From: an uncultured bacterium
Lineage (GTDB): Bacteria > Actinomycetota > Geothermincolia > Geothermincolales > Geothermincolaceae
Assembly: GCA_963814495.1 (NCBI GenBank)
Contig: CAWFDJ010000011.1
Coordinates: 129,809 to 193,808, forward strand
Reading direction: 5' to 3'
Length of the DNA stretch: 64,000 nucleotides
This document shows, piece after piece, positions 53,499-62,607 of this stretch. How positions within the stretch are numbered: position 1 is the stretch's first letter; every line of letters starts with the position of its first letter. The notes beneath the pieces were generated by a model, which saw only the letters and a program-made list of their open reading frames with translations, did not search any database and had not been told where the DNA came from. The position numbers and the translations under genes were made by a program.

Positions 53499-54892
53499 TC
53501 AGCCCTTGAGCTTGCGCCAGAGGATGAGCGCGCTGTCCGCGGCCATCTCGGTGCCCACGCCGCGCCCGCCCACGTCCGCTCCCACCAGGTAGAAACCCTC
53601 CACCGGCGTTTCGTTCCCGGGCCGGTTCTTCCCCACCTGGAAGCGGTTCTGGGCCACCCCGATGACCTCGCCGGTCTTGCGGCCGGAGATGTTGGCGTTG
53701 TACTGGGTGTTGGTGCGCAGCTTCCAGACCACGTGCTCCTCGATGTCCGGGTAGAGGTACTGCATGGTGGCCTCGATCTTGTCGAGGACCTCCTCGCAGG
53801 CGGCGTCGGCCTCCGCCGGGTCGTCCAGGTTCGGGGACGTCGGCGCTCCGGCCAGCGCCAGCTGGCAGCCGGGAGGCGCGAGGCCGGGGTCGGCGGCCGA
53901 GGGCACCGGCAGGAACACCCCCACCTGCCTGTCCAGCAGGTCGAAGGGGGGGAAGTAGTAGTTGAAGTGCGGCTTGACCACCTCGGCGTCGAGGGCGTAT
54001 TTCACGCTCACGGCGGCCAGCGAGAGGCGCAGCCCGTCCACCATCTTGACGTAGTCGTCGGGGAAGTTGTGGCGCCCGGCCAGCTCCACCGACTCCTTGA
54101 TGCCGTTGTTGCTGATGACCATGTCCGCCCCGATGATCTCCCCGGACGCGGTCTCCACCCCGGTGGCCTTGCCGTCCTCCACCACGATCCGCTTGACCTC
54201 GGTGTTGTAGCGGACCTCGCCGCCCATCCTCGCCAGCGCGTCCAGGTAGTCCCGGGACATGGCGCCCATCCCGCCGATGGGATAGGAGAGGTTCTGCTCG
54301 CGCGCCTGGGTGACGAAGCAGTAGATGAACTCGGAGGTCGACGCCTGCTTGGGGGCGATGGTCAGGTGCATGCCGATGATGCCGGAGATGAACACCATGA
54401 ACTGGGGGTCTGAGGTGAACTGGCTCAGGTAATCCGTCGCCGGCACCTCCTCCAGGGCCGCCATCTCCTCGTCGGTGCGCTCCTTCATCACGTCCTCGAA
54501 GAAGGCCTTGGCGCTGTCCCGCTCCGACTCGGCCACCCCGAGCTCGGAAAGGATGCGGTCCAGTTCCTCCGCCTTGCCGAGCTCCTGGGTGAGCAGGGAC
54601 GAGTGCCCGCCCACCATGATCTTCATGGCCGGTTCCAGCGCCTTGAAGCGGAGGTCGCCCCCCACCTCGCGGCTGATCTCGCCCAGCGGGCCCTTTCTCG
54701 CCCCGGGCCACCCAGTGCACCCCGGTGTCGTAGACGAAGCCTTCGCGCTCGAAGCTGGCGGCCTTGCCGCCGGGGAAGCTGTTGCGCTCCAGGACCAGTA
54801 CCTTGGCGCCCTCCTTGGCCAGCAGGGCGGCCACTGCCGGCGCCGCCGATGCCGGTACCGACGACTATCACGCGCTTGTCCTTCAGATCCAT
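53499..54892 (-). CDS. FAD-dependent oxidoreductase, phytoene-desaturase (CrtI)-like, paralog B (two frame breaks near 54838 and 54700)
   Basis: MDLKDKRVIVVGTGIGGAG | ..AALLAKEGAKVLVLERNSFPGGKAASFEREGFVYDTGVHWVARGEKGP | LGEISREVGGDLRFKAL...FYLVGADVGGRGVGTEMAADSALILW. Confidence 0.8.
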
Positions 54893-55160
54893 CAGTTCGA
54901 TACACCTCCTAATTCCCTGCGTTCGATCCCTGCGTTGCCAAACGGTGGGTCCCGTTTGAGCATCTGAATTATACTACAAAGAAAAACCCAAGGAACCTTT
55001 GGGACCGCTGCGCTCGCGCGCACCGTTTTCTACTCGGCACCTTGGGCTTTCTGGGAAGCAATATACGGGCGAAATAGACGCCTGTTTACCCCCGAAGACC
55101 TAACGAACAAATACCATCTTACCACCCTGGTTAGTGGTGTCAATAGGGTGGGGGGTAATT

Positions 55161-55189
55161 TTGGGCCAAAAATCGGATATTGGTATAAT
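55161..55189 (+). promoter_or_regulatory. near-consensus sigma70-type promoter (TTGGGC-17-TATAAT, with TGG just upstream of the -10)
   Basis: TTGGGC 55161-55166, 17-nt spacer, TATAAT 55184-55189. About 155 nt upstream of the dapA start. Confidence 0.55.
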
Positions 55190-55348
55190 CTGGCAATCAT
55201 CAGGGTTCCAGCAGACCAAGCAAATATAATTTACTTATTGTAAAGCCGACTCCACCGGTCAGCCCTTTAACCGACCACGGGGCTACTCAGCTACCTGCGC
55301 TTCTGATATCATGTAGTTTCACGGACCACGATTCAGGAGTTGATGAGA

Positions 55349-56266
55349 ATGTCTGAATGGCGCCTGCGGGGATGCATCATCCCGGTTATCACCCCCTTCA
55401 GGAACGACGGGGAAGTGGACGAGGCGGCCCTGCGCCGGGTGGTCGATTACCTCATCGAAGAGCAGGCGGCGGACGGCATCATCCCCTGCGGCACCACCGG
55501 GGAGTCCTCCACCCTCTCCCAGCACGAGCACCTGCGGGTCATCGAGGTGGTGCTGGAGCAGACGGCGGGGCGGGTCCCGGTCATCGCCGGCACCGGCTCC
55601 AACTCAACGGCCGAGGCCGTGGAGATGACCGTGGCCGCGGAGAAGCTGGGGGTGGACGGCACCCTGCAGGTGAGCCCCTACTACAACCGCCCCGGCCAGG
55701 AAGGGTTGTACCGGCATTTCCAGGCGGTGGCGGAGGCCACCTCCCTGCCCGTCATCCTCTACAACATCCCCGCGCGCACCGGGCGCAGCATCGAGCCGGA
55801 GACGGTGACGCGGCTCTCCGGGATAGACAACATCGTGGGCATCAAGGACGCCTCGGGCACCATCCAGTACGCCTCCGCGGTCCTCAAGCAGGTGAGCGAC
55901 GCCGGCCGGGACCTGTACGTCTATTCGGGCGAGGACGCCCTGACCTACCTTATCCTCTGCCTGGGCGGCCACGGCTGCATCGCCGCGGTGGGACACGTCC
56001 TGGGACGGGAGTTCGCGGAGATGTGCCGGCTGGTGTGGGACGGGAAGCTGGAGGAGGCGCGCGCCATCCATTTCCGGGTGCTCCCGCTGGTGGAGGCGCT
56101 GTTCTGCGAGCCCAACCCCACCGGCTTCAAGCAGGCCCTGGCCTGGATGGGCCAGCCGTCCGGCGCCCTGCGCCTGCCCATGCTCCCCATGAGCGAGGCG
56201 GGCAGGGAGGTCCTGCGCCGCGCCATGGTGGGACTGGGCAAGGCCCGGCCCGAGGACTGCGTTTAA
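55349..56266 (+). CDS. dapA: 4-hydroxy-tetrahydrodipicolinate synthase
   Basis: CAGGAG at 55334-55339. IIPVITPF, IIPCGTTGESSTLS, QVSPYYNRP, ILYNIPARTG, VGIKDASG (Schiff-base Lys). Intact. Alternative starts at 55340/55343. Confidence 0.92.
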   Translation: MSEWRLRGCIIPVITPFRNDGEVDEAALRRVVDYLIEEQAADGIIPCGTTGESSTLSQHEHLRVIEVVLEQTAGRVPVIAGTGSNSTAEAVEMTVAAEKLGVDGTLQVSPYYNRPGQEGLYRHFQAVAEATSLPVILYNIPARTGRSIEPETVTRLSGIDNIVGIKDASGTIQYASAVLKQVSDAGRDLYVYSGEDALTYLILCLGGHGCIAAVGHVLGREFAEMCRLVWDGKLEEARAIHFRVLPLVEALFCEPNPTGFKQALAWMGQPSGALRLPMLPMSEAGREVLRRAMVGLGKARPEDCV

Positions 56267-56332
56267 AGAAAAGACCCGCGGCGCCGGCAGGCGCCGCCGG
56301 CAGCATCATCTTGGGAAGGACGGGAGAAGAGC

Positions 56333-56632
56333 ATGTGCAAGGAAGGCGTCGATCTCACCACCCTGAAGGTCTCCCTGAAGCAGGGGGCCGACCGCGTCCG
56401 CCTGGAGCAGGACCACGTCCGCCAGTGGACGGCCCTGGCCGCCAACGTCGACCTGGACGGGGTCTCCGGCAAGCTGCAGGAGAGCCTTAAGGGACTGGCC
56501 GAGGCCGAGGGGCTGCTGCAGGAAGCCGTCGCGGAGCTGGTGGAGGCCCAGATGCACGGCCATACCCACGGCCACGGGCACGACCACGGGCACGAGCACG
56601 GGGCCGGCGGCATCACCATCACCCCGATCTGA
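56333..56632 (+). CDS. small protein with C-terminal His-rich tract (99 aa), unknown function
   Basis: MCKEGVDLTTLKVSLKQGADRVRLEQDH...LVEAQMHGHTHGHGHDHGHEHGAGGITITPI. GC3-rich frame. Confidence 0.5.
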   Translation: MCKEGVDLTTLKVSLKQGADRVRLEQDHVRQWTALAANVDLDGVSGKLQESLKGLAEAEGLLQEAVAELVEAQMHGHTHGHGHDHGHEHGAGGITITPI

Positions 56633-56656
56633 GCTCGCGACGGGGGAGGCACCGGA

Positions 56657-57025
56657 ATGGCGACGATACTGGTGGCCGAGGACGAGGAGCGCATCCGGCG
56701 CATCGTCCTGCTCCAGCTGGAGATGGAGGGCTACGGGACCGAGTCGGCGGGCTCCGGCGAGGAGTGCCGGGAGAAGGCCAGGGCGGCATCGCCCGACCTG
56801 CTCATCCTGGACTACCTGCTCCCCGACTCCTCCGGCGACGAGGTCGTCGGCGCCCTGCGGCGCGACCCCGCCACCCGCTCCCTCCCGGTCATCCTCCTCT
56901 CCGGCCTGGACCCCGAGCAGATCGAGCCCGAACTCCTGGCCGACGAGCGCGTCCACTTCCTCGCCAAGCCCTTCGACAACGCCGCCCTGGTCGCCCTGGT
57001 GGAGCAGGCCCTGGCCACCGGCTAG
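56657..57025 (+). CDS. single-domain response-regulator receiver
   Basis: Intact 122 aa. ATILVAEDEERIRRIVLLQLEMEGY...PDLLILDYLLPDSSGDEVVGALR...PVILLSG...FLAKPF. Confidence 0.85.
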   Translation: MATILVAEDEERIRRIVLLQLEMEGYGTESAGSGEECREKARAASPDLLILDYLLPDSSGDEVVGALRRDPATRSLPVILLSGLDPEQIEPELLADERVHFLAKPFDNAALVALVEQALATG

Positions 57026-57032
57026 AGGGAGT

Positions 57033-57060
57033 TTGACAAGCCCGGCCCATCTCCTATCCT
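57033..57060 (+). promoter_or_regulatory. promoter candidate (TTGACA-16-TATCCT)
   Basis: TTGACA 57033-57038, 16-nt spacer, TATCCT 57055-57060, ~110 nt upstream of ATG 57171. Confidence 0.35.
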
Positions 57061-57170
57061 GAAATCGACCTGACCCGCGGTCATCGATGCGGGCGGGCCC
57101 TCTTGAGAGCAACAACGGGGCGTTGCATCTTCGTGGACGAGCAAGTCAAGTAGCTGGAAAAGGAGAGAAG

Positions 57171-60100
57171 ATGTCGTCAATCCGCATCGCTGCCCTTGGA
57201 AGAGCGAAGAGCATTTCAAAGATCTGCCTGGTCCTGCTCCCGTGTATCATCATGGTCCTCCTGGCCATCCCATCGAACCCCACCCAACGCCAGGCCGGCG
57301 CCGCCACCGGCGAACTCCTGTCATGCTCGGTCAATTCGGCTGGAGATGAAGCTAATGGGTACTGTGCATATCCGGCTGTCAGCTCCTGACGGAAGATATC
57401 TTGTTTTTCAAACGAACGCAACCAACCTGGTGGCCGGAGATACCAACGCAAAGGGAGATATCTTCCGCAAGGATCTGACCACGGGAGAGGTTATGTGATG
57501 TCGACAACTGCTTCTTCGGGAGTTCGGAAACGATGAAAGCACAACTCCTAGCATATCGCCTGACGGCAGATATATCGTGTTCAAGTCGAAATCTACCAAC
57601 CTGCTGGCAGGAGATACCAACGCAAAGGGAGATATCTTCCGCAAGGATCTGACCACGGGAGAGGTTATGTGCTGCTCGACAACTGCTTCTTCAGAGTTCG
57701 GAAACGGCGAAAGCTCCTATTCCAGCATCAGTAGCGACGGCAGATATGTTGCTTTTTCATCGAACTCGACGAATCTGGTGTCCGGTGATACAAATGCAGT
57801 ACCGGATATCTTCCGTAAGGACCTGATGACAGGAGAAGTGGCATGCTGCTCGATCACTGCGTCCTCGGTGTGGGGAAACAGGGAAAGCAGCTACCAGACG
57901 TCGATTGACGCGACTGGGAACCTGGTGTTCTTCCAATCATATGCAACAAACTTCATACCCGATGACAACACCAGTAGCTATGACATTTTCCGTAAGAACC
58001 TGACAACCGGCGAATTGATCTGTTGCTCGAGGAATACGAATGGAACAAAGATAAGCGGTTCAAGCGAAAAGCCGGTCGCCAGCCCTGATGGTAGATACGT
58101 CGTTTTTCTAACTTCAGGGGGCTGGAACGACGTCTATCGGAAAGACCTTGTGACAGACCAGTTGGCGGAATGCAGCTATGACGAAGGCGGAAAATACTCA
58201 TACGCGTTCACCTATTTCGAAAAGTATTCGATCAGCAGTGATGGCGAAATTCGTTGCTTTCGGCGCCCATCAAGGTGGAGTCAATACTCAGATCTTCAGG
58301 CGAGATATGGATACAGGGGCTGTATTCTGCTGCTCCACGTCGGAAAACGATGTTAAGGGGGATGCCAGCAGTCTGATTGGCCTAGTCTAACGGCTGATGG
58401 GAGCTATGTTTTCTTCCACACATCAGCAGGCAACCTTATTGAGAGAAGCGGGTCTTCGACTCTGTCCTGAGAAAGCAACCAATCAATGAACTTCCTTATA
58501 TCGATGATATCGACAGCCCCTCGGGATGCTACGGTGGCTCTATCATTAAGATCTCTGGTAGCTTTTTTGGGGGGGCTCAAGGGGATTCTTATGTGAGTTT
58601 CGGGTCACATAGAGCAACCAGTTATTCCTTGTGGTCAGAGACGGAAATAGATGTAGTCGTTCCAATGGACCTTTATGATAGGACGCTGGTGACTGTCACA
58701 AACAGCGTAGGGGTATCGAATGCCTACGATAAATTCGTCAGTCTCATATAGACTCGGTCGATCCCGACCATGCCGGTATAGGTTCGTTGCTTACCATACA
58801 CGGCTCTGGTTTCTGGAACGAACAGGGTGATTCCTATGTTCATATTAATTGCGCAAGCGGGAACCACGAATTGAGAGAAGTTGATTCATGGTCAAACAAC
58901 ACAATCGAGTTCCACCTGCCTTACGGCAGCTATCGCGGCGCGGCGATCAACGTGAGCGTGGTTGTGAGAGGAGCCTGGCCTTCAGGTAAAGAAATCAGCT
59001 TTGACACCGTAGGGATGGGTTTTGCCGAAGGGTATACAGGACAAGGTTTTCAGGAATACTTGTGCATAGGCAATAGCAGCAGTTATCCCGCCGACGTTAT
59101 CATTTACTATCTACTGCCCGACCAATACTACTGGGATCAGAAGGTTACTGTGCCGGCCAATTCCCGCACCACCGTCAATGTCAATGCGGAAGTCCCTGAC
59201 ATGGAGGTGTCCACCTATATCGATTCAGACATCGAGGTCGTCGTGGAACGGCCCATGTATTTCAACTACGACGGAGTCTGGACGGGCGGGCACGACGCGG
59301 TCGCTTCCAGGTATATGGGCAAGGACTGGTTCTTCGCCGAAGGCTATACCGGCCCCGGATTCGACGAGTGGGTCTGCGTCCTCAACCTGGACGACGCAGA
59401 CGCCAACCTGACCTTCCACTTCCAGACCCAGGAGGAAGGGGAGGTCATCCGGAACGCCGTGTGCCCGTAGGCTTCTCGCGGCTCCTTCAAGGTGAACGAC
59501 CTGCTGGGACCGGGCTACCAGTGCTCTCTGTGGCTGGAATCGGACCAGTATGGTCATCGCCGAGCGTTCCATGTACTTCGACTACATGGGGATGAGCGAC
59601 GGCCACTGGGACGGCGGCCACTGCGTCATGGGCGTACCCGACCTCTCCAAGGAATACTATTTCGCCGAGGGGACCACCCGGGCGGGTTTCGAGGAGTGGC
59701 TGACCATCCAGAACCCGCATGACCACGAGATAAGCGTGAGCGCCGTCTACCAGATGCAGGCCGGCCAGGGCAGCCCGGTGACCAGAGCAGTACTGCCATC
59801 GGGCCGGGGAACCGCTTCACCGTCTTCGTCCCGGCGAGGTGGGCATGGAGAAGGATGTGTCGATCAAGCTCACCGGCGACGAGGACTTCCTGGCGGAGCG
59901 CCCCATGTATTTCCAGTATGCATGGGCAGTCTGGGAAGGCGGCCACTGCGTCATCGGGGCCATGGAGACCTCTCAGCGGACTGGTTCTTCGCCGAAGGGT
60001 ATACGGGCTCCGGTTTCGACGAATGGCTGTGCCTGCAGAACCCGGGGACCAAGGAATCCACGGTGGAAGTGACCTATCTGCACCCAGGAAGCAGGAGCCC

Positions 60101-60356
60101 TGGCCCCAAGGACGGTCAAGGTGGGTGCCGGCTCCCGCGTGACCATCTGCGTCAATTTCGATGCCGGCCAGGGTTACCAGCTATCCACCTGCTGCGGGTG
60201 ACCTCGGGCCCGGATATCGTGGCGGAGCGCCCCATGTACTTCGATTTCTACGGCTGGGACGGAGGCCACGACGTCGTTGGCTATGTGCCCATGACCTTCA
60301 CGGGCTCGCTTACCAGCGGCGGGCACGTCAGGTTCCGTACCCGTCGCCGGCTTTGA
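57171..60356 (+). pseudogene. large surface protein gene, heavily disrupted: signal/TM anchor, PD40(TolB-like) repeats, two IPT/TIG-like domains, four 'AEG..GF.EW..QNP...ER.MYF' modules
   Basis: AAAGGAGAG before ATG 57171, MSSIRIAALGRAKSISKICLVLLPCIIMVLLAI. Repeats S(P/S)DGRY(L/I/V)(V/A)F.S..TNL..GDTN...DIFRKDL.TGE...CS. IPT-like SGCYGGSIIKISGSFFGGAQGDSYVSFGSHRATSYSLWSETEIDVVVP and GSLLTIHGSGFWNEQGDSYVHINC...WSNNTIEFHLP. Four modules like WFFAEGYTGPGFDEWVCVLN...VIAERSMYFDY. At least 12 frame breaks or stops (about 57382, 57497, 57515, 58243, 58385, 58455, 58750, 59468, 59545, 59775, 59975, 60085, 60190). Confidence 0.75.
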
Positions 60357-60402
60357 CGAGTCGGCCTGGAAGAAGAAGTAGATCCATCAGTCGATGCAAT
60401 AA

Positions 60403-60429
60403 GGGCGCGGCAGGTGCCGCGCCCTTTTT
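60403..60429. terminator. intrinsic terminator hairpin between convergent genes
   Basis: gggcgcggc-aggt-gccgcgccc followed by ttttt (60425-60429). Confidence 0.7.
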
Positions 60430-60444
60430 GCGTTCCCTTCGCGC

Positions 60445-60693
60445 CTAGCCGCCGGCCATGGGCGGGAAGATGCTGATGACGTCCCCATCCGCCAGCTTCG
60501 TCCGCTTCCCCTTGAGGTGGGCGGCGTTGCGCCCGTTCACCAGGATGGTGGCCCTCTTCATCTGTTCGGCGAAGGCTGAGTCGTAGCGGGAGGCCAGCTC
60601 GCGCAGCACCTCGCCCACCGAGGAGGCGCCGGTCTCGAAGCCCTTCTCCCCGGCTTCCCGGCGCAGGGTGGCGAACAGCTTCACCTCGACCAC
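60445..60693 (-). CDS. MoaD/ThiS-family ubiquitin-like sulfur-carrier protein (C-terminal GG)
   Basis: Intact 82 aa. MVEVKLFATLRREAGEKGFE...ILVNGRNAAHLKGKRTKLADGDVISIFPPMAGG. GTG start 7 nt after the AOR stop. Confidence 0.85.
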   Translation of the reverse strand: MVEVKLFATLRREAGEKGFETGASSVGEVLRELASRYDSAFAEQMKRATILVNGRNAAHLKGKRTKLADGDVISIFPPMAGG

Positions 60694-60700
60694 CGGTACC

Positions 60701-62607
60701 CTACTTCTCTATCTTCAGCCGCTTCAGCGTCGAGTCCCTGGGCGTGCCGTCCGCCTTCCAGCCGCGCAGCAGGTAGTAGCGCTTCTTCATCTTCTCCAGC
60801 TGCACTATGGAGTCGGGCTCGTCCAGGCGCTGCAGTTCGCTCGGTGAAGCGCGTGGGCAGGGTGTCGTCCCGCGCCGTGAAGCCCTCGCGCACGTTGAAG
60901 AGGTGGTCGATGTTGTTGGCCCGCTGTCCCAGCGAGAGGAACTTGCCCATGGTGAAGTTGGTGCCGGTGCAGACGGCATGCGCCTTCACCTGGGGGAACA
61001 TGCTGAAGGGGGCCGGGAAGGGCATGACCCAATCGGGCAGCGACATCGACGCGCCCAGCAGGTCCCCCGAGTAGAGGAAGCCCATGGAGAGCGCCTTGGC
61101 CAGCAGCTGCGAGCGCGCGTTCCACTCCAGCAGCAGCGGGTGGAGCATGGTGAAGACGGTGAAGTTGCAGCAGCCCAGGTTGCTGACGGCCTCCAGCACG
61201 GTCTGGTTGAGGATGGTCAGCCCGGCCTTGCCGGTGGTCGCCAGGGGGTCGACGGTGACCGGGCCGTTGGCCTCCAGGTAGATCATGTACCCGCCGGCCA
61301 GGTGGCAGCCGCCGCGGTTGGAGACGGCGTACCCGAGGCCGTGCCCCACCGCGCCCCGGGGCTCGTAGGAGGGTATCTCCAGCCCCTTGGACTGGATGGC
61401 GAACTCCTCCCCGCCGTACTTCCGCGAGAGGGAGCGCACCCCCTCGGCCATGTCGTCGCCCAGGCCCCGCCGGTAGGCCATGTCCTCGATGGCCTGGGAG
61501 ACGCCTTGCGTGCTGCCGAACTTGAGGTCCGTCTTGATCAGGCCCTTCTCCCCCGCCTCCATGGTGAAGCCGAGGATGTTGCCCACGCTGATGGCGTCCA
61601 TGCCCAGCAGGTCGCACTCGTAGTTCCACCTGCAGGATGGCCTTGAGGTCGGAGATGCCCAGGTTGGGGCCGAAGAGCCCCAGGGTCTCGTACTCCGGGC
61701 CCTTGACGTTCTTGCCGTCCACCTCCACCCGGCGCCCGCAGGCGATGACGCACCCGAAGCAGGCGTAGTTCTTGATCAGCTCGGTATCGGCCAGGGTCTC
61801 CCCGCTCACCGCGTCGATCTCGGGGAACTGGCCCTGCTGGAAGTTGCGGGTGGGCATGGTGTGGGCGGCGTTGCAGAGGTTGACGAAGCCGGCCGTCCCG
61901 TAGTTGGGCATGGCCTCGCCGGTGGCCGGGTGGTTCTTCAGCACCTCGCGCCAGCCCTTGCAGACCTCCTTGTACTTCTCCTCGTTGGGGATCCAGGGCT
62001 TCTGGTCGCCGCCCGCCACCACGGCCTTGAGGTTCTTGGACCCCATCACCGTGCCGATGCCGGCCCGGCCCGCCACCCGCTCCTGCGAGAAGATGGCCGC
62101 GAACTTGACCAGGTTCTCCCCGGCGGGGCCGATGACCATCTTCCCCATCTTCTTGGGCAGCTTCTCCTGCGTCTTCTCGGTATCGAGGCCCCACAGGTGC
62201 GAGGCGTCCTCGATGGAGACCTCGCCGTTCTCGATCTTCAGCCAGCTCGGCTTGGGTGCCTTGCCCCGGACGATCAGGGCGTCGAAGCCGGAGCGCTTGA
62301 GGTGCACCCCGAAGTTGCCGCCGCTGTTGGAGTTGACGATCAGGCCGGTGGCGGGCGACTTGGAAGTGACGTTGAACCTGTTGGTGCTGGGCGCCCCGGT
62401 GCCGGTCATGGCCGCGGTGGTGACGATGAGGATGTTCTCCGGGCTCATCGGGTCCACCCCGGGTGGCAGGAGCTCGTAGAGCAGCCGGGCCCCCAGGCCC
62501 TTGCTCCCCACGTACAGCTCCAGCATCCTGTCGGAGAGCGGGTAAGAACGCGTTTTGCCGGTGCTCAAGTCGACCTCGAGCACCCGTCCCATGTAACCGC
62601 CTAACAT
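60701..62607 (-). CDS. tungsten-type aldehyde:ferredoxin oxidoreductase (AOR family), two frame breaks near 61615 and 60842
   Basis: AAGGAGGGG 5 nt before ATG 62607. MLGGYMGRVLEVDLSTGK..., SPATGLIVNSNSGGNFG, GKAVAGGD.., CFGCVIACGR, GPEYETLGLFGPNLGISDLKAILQ | WNYECDLLGMDAISVGNILGF...GGCHLAGGYMIYLE...DDTLPTRFT | SELQRLDEPDSIVQLEKMKKRYYLLRGW. Confidence 0.88.

Noticed and set aside
54960-55348. Lysine (L-box) riboswitch upstream of dapA.
   Set aside because: I could not find the conserved L-box core elements (for example AGAGGCGC and the GCCGAAG / CUGUCA-type segments recalled from the B. subtilis lysC leader). The region is kept only as an unassigned candidate regulatory region.
57496-57498. 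In-frame TGA as a possible selenocysteine codon in the surface-protein gene.
   Set aside because: The paralogous repeat 174 nt downstream has TGC at the same place, the TGA is accompanied by an adjacent 1-nt deletion, and no selenoprotein context exists. It is a disabling lesion or an error.
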